Part shown: positions 47,298-56,841 of the stretch, piece after piece | Layout of the letters: each line of letters opens with the position of its first letter | How positions within the stretch are numbered: position 1 is the first letter of the stretch | Source: Bacteroidota bacterium | GTDB taxonomy: Bacteria > Bacteroidota > Bacteroidia > Palsa-965 | Length of the DNA: 64,000 nt | Assembly: GCA_006218065.1 (NCBI GenBank) | Contig: VBWE01000014.1 | Coordinates: 1,618-65,617, forward strand | Reading direction: 5' to 3' | Notes under the pieces: generated by a model | Seen by the model: only the letters and a program-made list of their open reading frames with translations | What the model was told of the DNA's origin: nothing | Database searches by the model: none | Position numbers and translations under genes: made by a program

Positions 47298-47816
47298 ATG
47301 AACATTCTCGAAGAAATCGGTCCGCTGGCGGTCGCTGCGCGGCTTCAGCGCCTGGCCGACACCATCCGCAGAGATGGTACGGTGATCTATAAAAAACATG
47401 GTATCGATTTCGAACCGAAATGGTTCCCGGTGGTGTATGTGCTCAAACGCAAAGGTGCGCTCAGCGTGGTCGACCTGGCCGGGGAAGTGGGCCTCGCGCA
47501 TCCGTCCGTCATCCAACTGGTGAAAGAACTGGAAGCGAAAGAACTGGTGAAATCATCCAGCGATAAAGCCGACGGTCGCCGCCGTTTGCTCACGCTCACG
47601 CCCAAAGCGCAAAAACTGGTTACGAAAATGGAACCGGTCTGGGATAAGATCCGCGCAGCCGTTGCAGAAATGGTGAAAACCGAAAACAACCTGATGAAGG
47701 CGATCGCCGAAACGGAAGAGCAGCTGAAACGCGAAAATTTTTACATGCGCGTGATGCGGCAGGAGCAAAGGAAAAAATTCCAGAAACAACAGGCAGGTAA
47801 AATCATACAGTCATGA
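47298..47816 (+). CDS. MarR-family transcriptional regulator
   Basis: DLA.EVGL.HPSV..LVKELE...LV......DGR.RLL.LT. Confidence 0.88.
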   Translation: MNILEEIGPLAVAARLQRLADTIRRDGTVIYKKHGIDFEPKWFPVVYVLKRKGALSVVDLAGEVGLAHPSVIQLVKELEAKELVKSSSDKADGRRRLLTLTPKAQKLVTKMEPVWDKIRAAVAEMVKTENNLMKAIAETEEQLKRENFYMRVMRQEQRKKFQKQQAGKIIQS

Positions 47817-48313
47817 AAACCGATACAGCTAAATTCAGCGCGATCATTTCGCCGGAACTTTCGATCGTCGAATTCGAGCCGCAGCACGGCAAAGCATTCC
47901 GCGACCTTAACGTGGCCTGGATCACAAAAAGTTTCTGGATGGAAGAATCGGACGAGATCGTGCTCAGCAATCCCGAAAAACATATCCTCGAACCGGGCGG
48001 ATCCATCCTCCTGGCGAATTACAAAAATCAGATCGTCGGGACCTGTGCGCTGATGTACGAAGGACACGGCATTTACGAACTCACCAAAATGGCAGTGGAT
48101 GAAAATCTGCGCGGACTGAAGATCGGCTTTCACCTGGGCGTATGCACGCTGCAGAAAGCAAAACAACTCGGCGCAACCAAAGTGATCCTGCACTCGAATA
48201 CCAAAGGTTCGGCCGCCGCGATCCAACTGTATTTCAAACTGGGCTTTCGTGAAGTCCCGCTCGGGGATGCGCCCTGGGCGAGAGCGGATATCAAGATGGA
48301 AATTGATCTTTAA
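47813..48313 (+). CDS. GNAT family N-acetyltransferase
   Basis: FRDLN.AWI, YELTKMAV...RGLKIG and A..LY.KLGF. ATGA overlap with the MarR gene. Confidence 0.9.
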   Translation: MKTDTAKFSAIISPELSIVEFEPQHGKAFRDLNVAWITKSFWMEESDEIVLSNPEKHILEPGGSILLANYKNQIVGTCALMYEGHGIYELTKMAVDENLRGLKIGFHLGVCTLQKAKQLGATKVILHSNTKGSAAAIQLYFKLGFREVPLGDAPWARADIKMEIDL

Positions 48314-48543
48314 CAGATTGTATAAAACGAAGTTCCTTTAAACCGACAGTTTTGTGATCGTATGCACTTACTTCAGTTGGCAGTTTTGAACGCATTAACG
48401 CGGAAGTATTCAAAAGTTTTGACGACATCCCTGTAATACCAAGACTGCTACTGCCACTGCCGACTGCCGCTGGATCTACTCCGACGTATAGCAACGGTTT
48501 TCCTGTAAAACAGTTCTGCGGAGGAGTTTTAAACAGTCGTTAA
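48310..48543. mobile_element. ~235-bp MITE-like element, copy 2 (inverted relative to copy 1)
   Basis: Ends ttaacagattgtataaaac / gttttaaacagtcgttaa. Internal blocks are shared with 38220-38455. Confidence 0.6.
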
Positions 48544-48544
48544 A

Positions 48545-50026
48545 TCAAACCGGTTTTACACTCTGCCCGTGCCGGATCGTATTTTCCGGGTCGTATTTTT
48601 TCTTCACCTGCTGCAGGCGTTCGTAATTTTTACCGTAATACGCGTGCCCCGGATCTTCAAAATCGAGGTTGGCGTAATTCACGTAGTGCGCGGTCATGTT
48701 GTTTTCTTTTACCAGCTGCTGCACGGAGTTGAATTTCGCCAGTTGGTTTTGCCCGCCGCCCGCATTTTCCCAGTAAATCTGCAATTCCGAAAGGAATGGT
48801 TTAGCGCGATGCGGGAAGCAGGAATTTTTTTCCAGTTCCGCGTCCGAAATTTTTCCGCCGATGGTTCCCAACTGGTAAATCATGCCCGGCGACTGGGTAA
48901 CGATAGCGAGCAGTTCGGCGGCGAACGGTCGGATTTCTTCGTAATCTTTATAAACGCCCGCCGAAGAAATTTTGAAATAGATCGGTTTATCGTACCCGTA
49001 ATAATTTTTCAGCGCTTTGGAAAGCGTAACCGGGTTGCCGGCCGTGGCTTTGTCGCTGACCGCAGCAAGCGCATCGAAAACGGATTGAACCTGCGGCGTA
49101 TGTTTTTCATAATTCGTCAGCAGGATCGTCAGCGATTTCCCATTGAGCACAAAAGCGGAGTAGCAGGAGTCCGGTAAAATAACGGCCACTTCCATCCACT
49201 TTTCCAGCAAGGTATTTGCGCGTGCGGCATCGAGCCCGGCGGATTTGAACCGGTGACTGGTAAACGTTTCCGGTGCGGGATAGGTTTTAAAAACCATTTC
49301 CGTCACCACGCCGAAATTTCCTCCACCCCCGCCGCGGCAGGCCCAGAGCAGTTCCGGTTCGTTATCCGAATCGTGGATTTTTCCCTGGCCGTCAACCAGC
49401 GTTACTTTCATCAAACTGTCGCAGGTCAGTCCGTATTTCCTGCCGAAGAACCCGTAACCCCCGCCCGTGGCCAGCCCGCCGATGCCCACCGTGCCGCACG
49501 ACCCGGCGGGAATGATCCGCTTTTCCGGCAGCAGTTCGTCGTACAGTTTCGAAAGCGTGCAGCCCGGACCGATCTTCACGGTTTCTTCGTCCAGCCATTC
49601 GATTCCGTTCAGTTGCGAAAGATTCACCACCATGCCGCCGGTATTGCACGAAAAACCTTCCACGCTGTGCCCGCCGCTTTTCACGGCCACCGCGAGTTTG
49701 TTTTCCGCAGCGTAACGGATCGCTTCGGCCACATCCGCCGTACTTTTGCAAAGCGCGATGACGAGCGGGTATTTATCCACGTTTTTATTAAAACCCTGGC
49801 GCAGCGGATCGTAAAGCGGATCGCCTTTTTTTATGAAGGTTACGTTTTGCTCCCCTGCAGCCGCAGTTGCATTTACCGCCGGAACGGAATCCTTCGCCGG
49901 CGCGGGACTGCCCGTTTTTTGCTGTTTCGGTTCCTCGCCCGAAGAACCGCAGGCCGCCAGCAGCAACCCCCCGCCGCCCAGCGCCCCGATCCGGATAAAA
50001 TCCCTCCTGGTCAGTTTGTTTTTCAT
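48545..50026 (-). CDS. FAD-linked oxidase (BBE/VAO family), Tat-exported lipoprotein
   Basis: TRRDF Tat motif plus LAAC lipobox, KSGGHS covalent FAD His, GGGYG, RGGGGGNFGVV and YVNY..KKYDP.N. Confidence 0.9.
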   Translation of the reverse strand: MKNKLTRRDFIRIGALGGGGLLLAACGSSGEEPKQQKTGSPAPAKDSVPAVNATAAAGEQNVTFIKKGDPLYDPLRQGFNKNVDKYPLVIALCKSTADVAEAIRYAAENKLAVAVKSGGHSVEGFSCNTGGMVVNLSQLNGIEWLDEETVKIGPGCTLSKLYDELLPEKRIIPAGSCGTVGIGGLATGGGYGFFGRKYGLTCDSLMKVTLVDGQGKIHDSDNEPELLWACRGGGGGNFGVVTEMVFKTYPAPETFTSHRFKSAGLDAARANTLLEKWMEVAVILPDSCYSAFVLNGKSLTILLTNYEKHTPQVQSVFDALAAVSDKATAGNPVTLSKALKNYYGYDKPIYFKISSAGVYKDYEEIRPFAAELLAIVTQSPGMIYQLGTIGGKISDAELEKNSCFPHRAKPFLSELQIYWENAGGGQNQLAKFNSVQQLVKENNMTAHYVNYANLDFEDPGHAYYGKNYERLQQVKKKYDPENTIRHGQSVKPV

Positions 50027-50078
50027 TGTCCGAAATATCGGAAATCGTTTTTTAACAAAAGGCCCCATTACGAAGACT

Positions 50079-50189
50079 CCTTTAAACAGACTTCGCTAAC
50101 CGTTTAAAAGAATCTCCGCAAGTCGTTTAAAAGAGTCTCTGCAAGTCGTTTAAAAGAATCTCCGCTAGTCGTAGACTGAGTCTACGACT
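50079..50189. repeat. 23-bp tandem repeat x3 (plus one degenerate unit) ending in palindrome AGTCGTAGAC-TGA-GTCTACGACT
   Basis: cgtttaaaagaatctccgcaagt units at 50101, 50124 and 50147. Confidence 0.8.
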
Positions 50190-50255
50190 CCACCACGACT
50201 TATGGACCACCCTTCTTTCGTTAACTTTACCATAATCTTTTTTTAACTTCGTCAG

Positions 50256-52343
50256 ATGAAGCATTTTCTACCCCTGTTTGGCCTGCTCCTGGTTTGTTCC
50301 GGGACTTTTGCCCAAACTTTTCCCGGCAGTGGCGGCCTGGTTCCTGATGACGGTTCGGTAAACGATTATCCTGCGACGGTGAGCGGTCTTAGTCCTGCCA
50401 CAATCGATACGGTGAACTTCGGACTGGAAACCGTTTGCGTGAACATTACGCATACCTGGAATTCGGATCTCGATGTGCGGCTGGTGGCGCCTGACGGAAC
50501 GGAAATTATCCTGTTCAGCGGCGTGGGCGGAAGCGACGACGATTTTACAAATACCTGCCTGAATTCAAACGCAAGTACTTCTATACTTTCCGGCACGGCC
50601 CCGTTTACGGGAACGTTCAAACCGCAGGGGCAGATGGGCTACGTGAACAACGGCCAGAACGGAAACGGAACCTGGAAACTGCGCATCACCGATACGTATC
50701 CCGCCGACCAGGGCAACCTGCTCAGCTGGAGCATCACCTTCGGAAATAACCCGGCGACGTACAGCGCGTTTACCAGTTCCAATTTACCGCTCGTGATCAT
50801 TAACACGGGCAACCAGTTTATTCCCGACGATCCGAAGATCATGGCCGATATGGGTATCATTTACAATGGCCCCGGCATCCGCAATTACATGACCGACCCG
50901 CATAACAATTACAGCGGGAAAATCGGTATTGAAACGCGCGGCTCGAGTTCGCAGGGCTTTCCGAAAAAATCGTACGGCATTGAATTGTGGGACGTGAACG
51001 GAAATTCCATCGACTCGTCGCTCATCGGTATGCCGAAAGAAAGCGACTGGATTCTCAGCGCCAACTATTCCGACAAATCGCTGCTCAACAATACGCTCGC
51101 GTATCACCTGTTCACGCAAACGGGACATTACGCCACACGCCACCAGCACGTGGAACTGGTGATCGACAGCATTTACCGCGGAGTATATATCCTGATGGAA
51201 AAAATAAAACGTGACAACGACCGTGTCGATATCGCCAAACTCCAGCCGACTGATATTGCGGGAGACCAGCTTACCGGCGGATATATTATCAAGATCGACA
51301 AAGGAACCGGCAGCGGCGGCTCGGGCTGGAATTCGAATTACGCGCCGCTCGGCAGCACCAACGGGCAGCAGATTTTTTTCCAGTATGAATACCCGAACGA
51401 GATCGATATTGTTCCCCAGCAGCAGGCATACATCCAGGCGTACGTGGACAGTTTCGAAACCGCGCTGAACGGACCGAACTTCGCGAGCCTCACGGCGGGC
51501 TATTCCAAATACATCGACGTTACGTCGTTCATCGATTATTTGCTGCTGAACGAAATCAGCCGCAACGTGGACGGCTACCGGTTGAGTACGTACCTGTTCA
51601 AAGACAAGCTGAGTAACGGCGGTAAATTGTTCATCGGTCCGCCGTGGGATTACGATATCGCCTGGGCCAATGCGAACTACTGTCGCGGCGACGATGCAAC
51701 CGGCTGGGCGTATCGTTTCAATTACGATTGCAGCGGCGATTACTGGCAGATCCCGTTCTGGTGGGAACGTCTTTTGCAGGATCCGGTTTTCGCGAATCAT
51801 TTGCGCTGCCGCTGGGAAACGCTGAAGACGACGGAATACAGCATCGCTACCCTGCACGCGTATTGTGATTCGATGGCGATTTACCTGAACGAAGGCCAGC
51901 AGCGGAATTTCACCGAATGGCCGATCCTCGGTCAGTACGTATGGCCGAATCCTTCACCGATTCCGTCCACGTTCCAGGGAGAGATCGATGAACTGAAAAA
52001 CTGGATCAGCGCACGCTGGGCCTGGATGGATGCGAATATGCCCGGAAGCCTCGCCGGCTGCGACCTGGCCGTGCAAAGCGGAAATGCCGCCGCGGATTTC
52101 GTTTCGGTTTTCCCGAACCCGTTCCACGATCAGCTTACCTTGCAATTCAAACTGGAAACAGCGAGCGATGTAACGATTGTAATGTCCGACATCACCGGCC
52201 GGCAAATTTCGTTCGTCCGCGAAAAAATGAATGCCGGCGGCCAGGATTACAAACTGCCCGTGGAAAATATTTCGCCGGGAATTTATTTGCTCAGCGTCAG
52301 CGCGGAAGGCAGAACGTTCACAAAGAAAATCGTGCGGCAGTAA
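50256..52343 (+). CDS. T9SS-secreted CotH-family kinase with N-terminal proprotein-convertase P-domain, paralog 1
   Basis: ITHTW.SDL..RL.APDG P-domain, RGSSS...KKSY, G.YILMEK, N.DGY, PWDYD.A and CTD FPNPF..GIY. Confidence 0.88.
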   Translation: MKHFLPLFGLLLVCSGTFAQTFPGSGGLVPDDGSVNDYPATVSGLSPATIDTVNFGLETVCVNITHTWNSDLDVRLVAPDGTEIILFSGVGGSDDDFTNTCLNSNASTSILSGTAPFTGTFKPQGQMGYVNNGQNGNGTWKLRITDTYPADQGNLLSWSITFGNNPATYSAFTSSNLPLVIINTGNQFIPDDPKIMADMGIIYNGPGIRNYMTDPHNNYSGKIGIETRGSSSQGFPKKSYGIELWDVNGNSIDSSLIGMPKESDWILSANYSDKSLLNNTLAYHLFTQTGHYATRHQHVELVIDSIYRGVYILMEKIKRDNDRVDIAKLQPTDIAGDQLTGGYIIKIDKGTGSGGSGWNSNYAPLGSTNGQQIFFQYEYPNEIDIVPQQQAYIQAYVDSFETALNGPNFASLTAGYSKYIDVTSFIDYLLLNEISRNVDGYRLSTYLFKDKLSNGGKLFIGPPWDYDIAWANANYCRGDDATGWAYRFNYDCSGDYWQIPFWWERLLQDPVFANHLRCRWETLKTTEYSIATLHAYCDSMAIYLNEGQQRNFTEWPILGQYVWPNPSPIPSTFQGEIDELKNWISARWAWMDANMPGSLAGCDLAVQSGNAAADFVSVFPNPFHDQLTLQFKLETASDVTIVMSDITGRQISFVREKMNAGGQDYKLPVENISPGIYLLSVSAEGRTFTKKIVRQ

Positions 52344-52390
52344 ATACTTAAAAAGAGCATTTGAACAAAAGACTCCTGATAAAAAGACTT

Positions 52391-52420
52391 CGCTAGTCGA
52401 CGACTCTGTCGTCGACTAGC
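52391..52420. repeat. REP-like palindrome GCTAGTCGACGAC-TCT-GTCGTCGACTAGC
   Basis: Related to the 50167-50189 palindrome. Both lie upstream of a CotH gene. Confidence 0.7.
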
Positions 52421-52447
52421 AACGATCATGTTACAAGACTATTCACT

Positions 52448-54553
52448 ATGAAATTTTTTTTACACCCCCTTTGTCTTCTCTTTTTCTGTTCACCGGGTTT
52501 TGCCCAAACGTTCACAGGAACCGGCGGACCAATTCCGGATGTAGCGACTACCAATTTCCCGCTCACGGTTTCCGGCCTGAGCCCGGCTACGATCGATACG
52601 CTGAACTTCGGCCTCGAAACAGTTTGTGTAAATCTCACGCACACGTACGATAGCGACCTGGAACTGCGCCTCATCGCGCCCGACGGAACGGACGTACTGC
52701 TGAGCACGGGCAATGGCGGCGGAAACGACGATTACACGAATACCTGTTTCGATGTTTTTGCATCCACGCTGATCACCGCCGGCAGCGCGCCTTTTACCGG
52801 CACCTTCAAACCGCAGGGGCAGATGGGCACGGTAAACAACGGGCAGAACGGCAACGGAACATGGACACTGCGCATCATCGATATGGCCGGGCAGGACGTG
52901 GGCAACCTGCTCAGCTGGAACATCACTTTCGGAAATAATCCGGCTACATACCCGGGTTTCAACTCGACCGATCTGCCGCTGGTGATTATCAATACGAACA
53001 ACCAGTCGATCCCGAATGAACCGAAAATCGCCGCGACGATGAAGATCATCGATTACGGGACCGTGCTGCGAAATCACCCGAACGATATTCCGAATATTTT
53101 CAACGGGAATATCGGCATCGAGCGTCGCGGAAATTTCTCCGCATCGCTTCCGCAGAAACCGTACAATTTCGAAACGCGCGATTCACTCGGGCTCGAACTG
53201 GACACGGCTTTGCTCGGCATGCCTTCGGAGCACGACTGGTGCCTGATCGCCTGCTACAACGACAAATCGTTTTCGCGCAACACGCTGGCTTCGGATCTTT
53301 TTCAGAAGATGGGACATTACGCGCCGCGCTTCCGGTATTGCGAAGTGCTGCTCAACGGAAATTACGAAGGCATTTACATGCTCGGCGAACTGGTGAAGCG
53401 CGACAAGAACCGTGTGGATATTGCGAAACTGGATTCGACGGAAAACACCAGCCCGGATATCACCGGCGGATACATCACCAAGATCGATTACTGGGACAAC
53501 AACAATTCCTGGTTGCTGAATTACCACCCGGTCGATCACCAGAACCTGGATGCGCACATGGTGTACTATTATCCGAAACCGGATGACATCACGCCGCAGC
53601 AGAAAACGTACATCCAGCAGTTTTACAACGATATGGAAACCGCGCTCTACGGAAGCAATTTTGCAGACACGGCAAACGGTTACCGGAAATACCTGAGCAC
53701 GATTTCGTTTCTCGATTATTTTATCGTGAACGAGCTGGCGCGCAACGTGGACGGTTTTAAAAAGAGCCGTTTCTTTTTCAAGGAAAAAGACAACACAACT
53801 ACCGGTGCGCTCGGCAAACTGAAAGCCGGACCGGTATGGGATTTCGACTGGGCCTGGAATGATATCTGGGATTGTTCGTATTTCCAGGCGCAGGATGGTT
53901 CGGGCTGGTCGCACCTGATCAACGACTGCGGGCCGGATGTGAATTCGCCCGGCTATTATGTGCGCCTGTTGCAGGATACCACGTTTGCCAACGAGTTGCG
54001 TTGCCGCTGGGAACACATGCGCGGGCTGATGCTCGATACCGGCGCGATTTTCCAAACCATCGATTCGATCGCTTCGCGCGTGAACGAAGCGCAGCAAAGG
54101 CATTTTCAATTGTACCCGATTCTCGGGATCGTTACCGGTACGCCGGAAGTAAATCCGGCCTATAGTTTCGCCGGTGAAATCGATTCAATCAAAACCTGGA
54201 TCCTGCGCCGCATCAACTGGCTCGACGCGAATATTCCCGGGAACGCGATCAACTGCAGTTTCGTCGGTGTGCATGAAAATAATTTGTCACCCGGCAAACT
54301 GAGCGTTTATCCGAATCCGTTCAAAGAAAATTTCAGCATCGAAGCCGATCTCGAGATTGCCGGGGACGTGATTATTTTCATGACCGATGTGCTTGGCAAA
54401 ACCGTGATCGCTCCGCAGAAATTCACCGGCACGCACGGCCGGAATAAATTTGATTTCCGGCAGAAAGACGCTGAATACGGTGCGGGTGTTTATTTCCTGC
54501 ACCTGCAGAGCCCCGGCGGGCAAATTACCCGGCAGCTGGTAAAGATCAATTAA
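52448..54553 (+). CDS. T9SS-secreted CotH-family kinase with P-domain, paralog 2
   Basis: Same architecture: RGNFS..QKPY, N.DGF, VWDFD.A and a YPNPF CTD. Confidence 0.88.
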   Translation: MKFFLHPLCLLFFCSPGFAQTFTGTGGPIPDVATTNFPLTVSGLSPATIDTLNFGLETVCVNLTHTYDSDLELRLIAPDGTDVLLSTGNGGGNDDYTNTCFDVFASTLITAGSAPFTGTFKPQGQMGTVNNGQNGNGTWTLRIIDMAGQDVGNLLSWNITFGNNPATYPGFNSTDLPLVIINTNNQSIPNEPKIAATMKIIDYGTVLRNHPNDIPNIFNGNIGIERRGNFSASLPQKPYNFETRDSLGLELDTALLGMPSEHDWCLIACYNDKSFSRNTLASDLFQKMGHYAPRFRYCEVLLNGNYEGIYMLGELVKRDKNRVDIAKLDSTENTSPDITGGYITKIDYWDNNNSWLLNYHPVDHQNLDAHMVYYYPKPDDITPQQKTYIQQFYNDMETALYGSNFADTANGYRKYLSTISFLDYFIVNELARNVDGFKKSRFFFKEKDNTTTGALGKLKAGPVWDFDWAWNDIWDCSYFQAQDGSGWSHLINDCGPDVNSPGYYVRLLQDTTFANELRCRWEHMRGLMLDTGAIFQTIDSIASRVNEAQQRHFQLYPILGIVTGTPEVNPAYSFAGEIDSIKTWILRRINWLDANIPGNAINCSFVGVHENNLSPGKLSVYPNPFKENFSIEADLEIAGDVIIFMTDVLGKTVIAPQKFTGTHGRNKFDFRQKDAEYGAGVYFLHLQSPGGQITRQLVKIN

Positions 54554-54673
54554 CTCAAATCAAGCGTTAGAAAATTATTCGATGCTGTATTCTTTCCGCT
54601 CAACAGGTTTCTAACGCTTAGATTTGAGAATCCTCCGATCCGAAGGATTCCTCTGGAAAGGAGTCCTTCGGAC
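54554..54673. repeat. Two adjacent hairpins downstream of the CotH pair
   Basis: ctcaaatcaagcgttagaaa/tttctaacgcttagatttgag and tccgaaggattcct/aggagtccttcgga. Confidence 0.6.
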
Positions 54674-54744
54674 CGATAGCATCAGACCATAAAAAAATTT
54701 GTTTTATCGCTGATGCGTATTTCGGGATTGATGATCTTTGCGGA

Positions 54745-55041
54745 ATGGATACTCCGCTTCATGATTTCATGGATGTGCTCGGCGGTTCGGACGAAAACCT
54801 GTTTTACGCCGTGCAGTTTTCGTACAGCGGCAACAGCGAAAAAGCGCTGCGTGAGCTGAACTGGGCGCGGCATGAAGGTTACGTGGAATTTTATCGGATG
54901 AAAAACGGGGAGAAAGAAATCCTCGCCGATTTTGAAGTGGCCGATCTCGCACGGCACAGCGCCGTGCTTCCGCTTTCGATGGAAACGATGAAGGAAATTA
55001 TGATCGGGTTGACGGATAAAGGGATAAAGATGAATTCCTGA
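54745..55041 (+). CDS. Hypothetical 98-aa protein
   Basis: Codon usage typical of the window, with a GATCTTTG box 4 nt upstream. Confidence 0.6.
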   Translation: MDTPLHDFMDVLGGSDENLFYAVQFSYSGNSEKALRELNWARHEGYVEFYRMKNGEKEILADFEVADLARHSAVLPLSMETMKEIMIGLTDKGIKMNS

Positions 55042-55053
55042 CGCAGCAGTTTT

Positions 55054-56163
55054 TTACTTACTCTTTTCCTGCAACCCCTTCATAATCTCCGTCTGCCTGC
55101 GGATAGATGCTTTGTGCAGCAACTGGCACAGTTCCGCAACAATATCCTTATCAATGCCTAATTTTTCGCCGGTGGCGGTGCGCGTGCTTAAAATTTCGAG
55201 CCAGCGGTCGATCTGCAGGATAGTTACGTTATGCTCGTGCTTGAACTCGCCGATCTGTTCCACGATTTCCATCCGGCGCGAAAGGGCGCGCAGCAGGTCG
55301 TCGTCGATTTCGTCGATCACTTCGCGCAGCGTTTGAAGCATGTGCGTAAACTGCCGGTCGTCGGAAACGGCTTCGCGCACGACGAGTTCATCGAGAAATT
55401 TTTCCAGCTGCGCGGGTGTGATCTGCTGCTGTGCGTCGCTGAGCGCTTTATCCGGGTGGATATGCGTTTCAATCATCAGCCCGTCGAAATGCAGGTCGAG
55501 TGCGCGTTGTGCGGCGTCGTGCAGCAGTTCGCGCTTGCCGGCGATGTGGCTCGGATCGCAGATCACGGGCAGTTGCGGGAACTGGCTCTTCAGCCCGATC
55601 GGGATTTCCCAGAGCGGCGCGTTGCGGTACTGCGTGGGAATGGCCGTGGAAAACCCGCGGTGAATCGCAGCTAATTTTTTTATTCCCGCCCGGTTGATCC
55701 GTTCCAGCGCACCGATCCAGAGGTGGAGATCGGGGTTCACGGGATTTTTGACCAGCACGGGAATATCCGTTCCGGACAGCGCATCGGCAATTTCCTGCAC
55801 GGTAAACGGGTTCACGGTGGTGCGCGCCCCGATCCACAAAATATCCACGCCGTATTTCAGCGCGAGTTCCGTATGCTGCGCATTGGCGACTTCAACCGTG
55901 GTCAGTAAACCGGTTTCTTTTTTCACCTGCTGCAGCCAGCCGAGCGCTTCTTCGCCTTTTCCTTCGAATGCGCCGGGACGTGTGCGCGGTTTCCACACGC
56001 CTGCGCGGAACACGCTCGCTTTTCCCGATGCTGCAATGCCGCGCGCGGTCTGTATCACCTGGTCCGGGCTTTCTGCGCCGCATGGACCGGCAATCAGTAA
56101 TTTTTTCCAGCGCGGCGCGAGCCAGTCGTGTAAAGGAAGTATATCGAGATAAGGATCGCCCAT
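55054..56163 (-). CDS. Bifunctional DAHP synthase (type I-beta) / chorismate mutase
   Basis: IAGPC, RAG.WKPRT, WIGART, DPSH and GLMIE, with a C-terminal AroQ LR..IDEID..L..LSRRM. Confidence 0.93.
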   Translation of the reverse strand: MGDPYLDILPLHDWLAPRWKKLLIAGPCGAESPDQVIQTARGIAASGKASVFRAGVWKPRTRPGAFEGKGEEALGWLQQVKKETGLLTTVEVANAQHTELALKYGVDILWIGARTTVNPFTVQEIADALSGTDIPVLVKNPVNPDLHLWIGALERINRAGIKKLAAIHRGFSTAIPTQYRNAPLWEIPIGLKSQFPQLPVICDPSHIAGKRELLHDAAQRALDLHFDGLMIETHIHPDKALSDAQQQITPAQLEKFLDELVVREAVSDDRQFTHMLQTLREVIDEIDDDLLRALSRRMEIVEQIGEFKHEHNVTILQIDRWLEILSTRTATGEKLGIDKDIVAELCQLLHKASIRRQTEIMKGLQEKSK

Positions 56164-56164
56164 A

Positions 56165-56632
56165 TTACCAGTAATTTTTCATCAGTTCTTTCGACCAGTC
56201 CGGCTGGCTGATTTTTGTCCGCGGTAAAAATTCCTGCATCACGGGTTTGATATCGAGTACCGGGGTTCCTGCAATCGCATCGAGTCCGCGCACATACAGC
56301 ACACGGCCCCGGTGTTCCAGTAATTCAACAATACACAGGCCGATTTTGTTCGGACGTGCTTTCCCGCGCTGTGCAAAAATACCCGTCTCGGGCCAGTTTT
56401 TATTTCCGCGTGGATGGCGGGCGCCGGTGCAGATTTCCTCCGCAGGAGCAAGATGAAAATAAAAAACGATCTCCAGGTGTGAAAAATCCGAGATACCCTG
56501 GAATGCTTCTTCCGGGAATTGGTCATCGAGTACAATTTTAGAAATCACTTCGCCCCAGTTGTCATCGGTCATTTCGGTTCGTGCCGAATGTACATGCGCT
56601 ACCGGGCTCATCAGGATTGGCGAAGGATTCAT
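56165..56632 (-). CDS. TsaA/TrmO-like SAM-binding protein (N-terminal domain only)
   Basis: FSHLEI.F.FH, GIFAQR.KARPN.IG and GLDAI.GTPVLDIKP. Confidence 0.85.
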   Translation of the reverse strand: MNPSPILMSPVAHVHSARTEMTDDNWGEVISKIVLDDQFPEEAFQGISDFSHLEIVFYFHLAPAEEICTGARHPRGNKNWPETGIFAQRGKARPNKIGLCIVELLEHRGRVLYVRGLDAIAGTPVLDIKPVMQEFLPRTKISQPDWSKELMKNYW

Positions 56633-56705
56633 CCGGCAAATTTAGCGACAAAAAGGCGATACGGTTGTTGAGTAGTGGTTCCTTTTAAATGGTCCAAAAA
56701 AATTT

Positions 56706-56806
56706 ACCGCAGAGGCGCAGGGAGCGCAGAGCCTGCCCACGGGCCATGGCCGCGGAGAGTCTGGAATTGCTCTGCGGATACTCTGCGCCTCAGCGTCTCT
56801 GCGGTG
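56706..56806. repeat. 9-mer-repeat (CGCAGAG-type) inverted-repeat element
   Basis: accgcagaggcgcagggagcgcagag ... ctctgcgcctcagcgtctctgcggt. Confidence 0.65.
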
Positions 56807-56841
56807 AAGCTTATACGGAAGGAATCCCGGTTTATTGCCTG

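Noticed and set aside
50101-50169. Possible CRISPR array
   Set aside because: The 23-bp units are contiguous with no unique spacers, and there are no cas genes.
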